Shown one piece after another: positions 63,117-64,000 of a stretch of 64,000 bases of DNA. The notes under the pieces were generated by a model. The model made no database searches and had not been told where the DNA came from. It worked only from the letters and a program-made list of their open reading frames with translations. This stretch comes from Synechococcus sp. Its GTDB lineage: Bacteria > Cyanobacteriota > Cyanobacteriia > PCC-6307 > Cyanobiaceae. Position 1 is the stretch's first letter. Each line of letters begins with the position of its first letter. The stretch covers positions 2,104,203-2,168,202 of the forward strand of contig JBJBEO010000001.1 in NCBI GenBank assembly GCA_047284725.1, in the 5' to 3' direction. The translations under genes and the position numbers were made by a program.

Positions 63117-63609
63117 CTGACGCCGGCGTCGCCCACGACCAGAAAGGGCTGGGGAGACTGTGACCCAACCAAATTCCAGAGAGCACAATCGCACTCATCC
63201 AGAAGGCCATCACCGCAGGAGAGGGGACGACCCGAATGCGCGTGAGATCCAGACGGGCCAGCAGCACGGCCGACGCGAGGATCAACACATCTGCCAACAG
63301 CTTGAGCTGTAAAAGGTAGAGACCGCCGGTGATCACCAGCAGGAGAGTGACCACCAGGCTGAACACCCGACTGGAGGCCATCACCATTGAAATCTGCCGC
63401 AGCAACAGGTCAGGCATGGTGCAAATGATCACCACCACCAGGGCCTGGACAACCTCCACGGCCCAGTAGAGATGAGGGTCAAGGCCTTTGTTCTGCATCA
63501 ACTCGGCCTGAAACACCGTCCAGTGATTGCCCATCACCGTGGCCACAGCGAAGAGGAGCAGCACAAGGGGCGCCCTGAACGGCAAGAGGAGAAACCGCAG
63601 CAGCGGCAT
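63106..63609 (-). CDS. Hypothetical multi-pass membrane protein
   Basis: 167 aa with about 5 hydrophobic helices, CTMPDLLLRQ. Confidence 0.7.
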   Translation of the reverse strand: MPLLRFLLLPFRAPLVLLLFAVATVMGNHWTVFQAELMQNKGLDPHLYWAVEVVQALVVVIICTMPDLLLRQISMVMASSRVFSLVVTLLLVITGGLYLLQLKLLADVLILASAVLLARLDLTRIRVVPSPAVMAFWMSAIVLSGIWLGHSLPSPFWSWATPASVSL

Positions 63610-63690
63610 CGGCAGCAGCCCGAGAGAAAAAAGCTAGCAACAGCAGCCTGAAAGGCCTGCCAAAGTGAGAATCAGTTTTGCTTTGACGGC

Positions 63691-64000
63691 ATGACCGGAA
63701 AGCCAGTGTCAGCCAGCTTGAACGTCGTTCAGAAGGCCTTGCTTCTGGTCAGTGCAGTGGTGTTGGCGGTGGTGCTGTTCCTTCTCCGCAATGGCATGTC
63801 GACGGAATCACCGATGGATCAACTCGCCCGTCGATCGCTCCAACCCGAAGTGGCTCTGAGCAACAACACACCAACAATGCTCGAGTTTTACGCCGACTGG
63901 TGTGAGGCCTGCCGGGAAATGGCCCCAGCGATGCTCGACACCGAACGGCGCACCAACGGCCGGATGGACGTGGTGTTGGTCAATATCGACAACCCCCAGT
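63691..64000 (+). CDS. txlA: Membrane-anchored thioredoxin-like protein TxlA/HCF164, 3'-truncated by window edge
   Basis: Manual translation: N-terminal TM then LEFYADWCEACREMAP...VLVNIDNP. Confidence 0.85.
   Translation, partial: MTGKPVSASLNVVQKALLLVSAVVLAVVLFLLRNGMSTESPMDQLARRSLQPEVALSNNTPTMLEFYADWCEACREMAPAMLDTERRTNGRMDVVLVNIDNPQ

Noticed and set aside
63662..63684. Fur-box-like imperfect palindrome upstream of txlA
   Set aside because: Only one half (TGAGAAT) fits well, too degenerate to call.
1..64000. CRISPR array, rRNA, IS elements, HIP1 enrichment
   Set aside because: I saw no regularly spaced repeats, rRNA signatures or transposase ORFs. GCGATCGC occurs only sporadically on visual inspection (not formally counted).

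Overview
This is a gene-dense, GC-rich chromosomal segment of a marine picocyanobacterium. Synechococcus is inferred from gene order and protein sequences. Most of it is core genome: lipA, ferredoxin-GOGAT, rpsL-rpsG-fusA-tuf-rpsJ, pheA, rnhB-rne, dapL-clpS, psbA, aroC, eda-ftsH, sat, psbO, coaBC, pyrB, gatC, crtR, ileS, trmB-ictB, glmM, slt and a partial txlA, plus tRNA-Ala(CGC) and tRNA-Leu(TAG). The main accessory block is a ~4.7 kb islet between the psbA terminator and the cupin/aroC genes. It holds an intact membrane-bound GGDEF diguanylate cyclase, an OMP decarboxylase-orotate PRTase fusion with a degenerate decarboxylase half, and a GAF/HD-GYP phosphodiesterase pseudogene with three separate lesions. 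Together these look like a partly decaying c-di-GMP module. Other points of interest: a candidate ribbon-helix-helix protein with a histone-H1-like tail, a candidate structured sRNA near 42.1-42.2 kb, a Pro at D1 position 233, a VanW-like gene, a Gpt-like PRTase, and two small genes missing from the ORF track (ndhP and a PCP_red protein). I saw no CRISPR array, rRNA, integrase or transposase. All family calls come from motif recognition by eye; no database searches were run.
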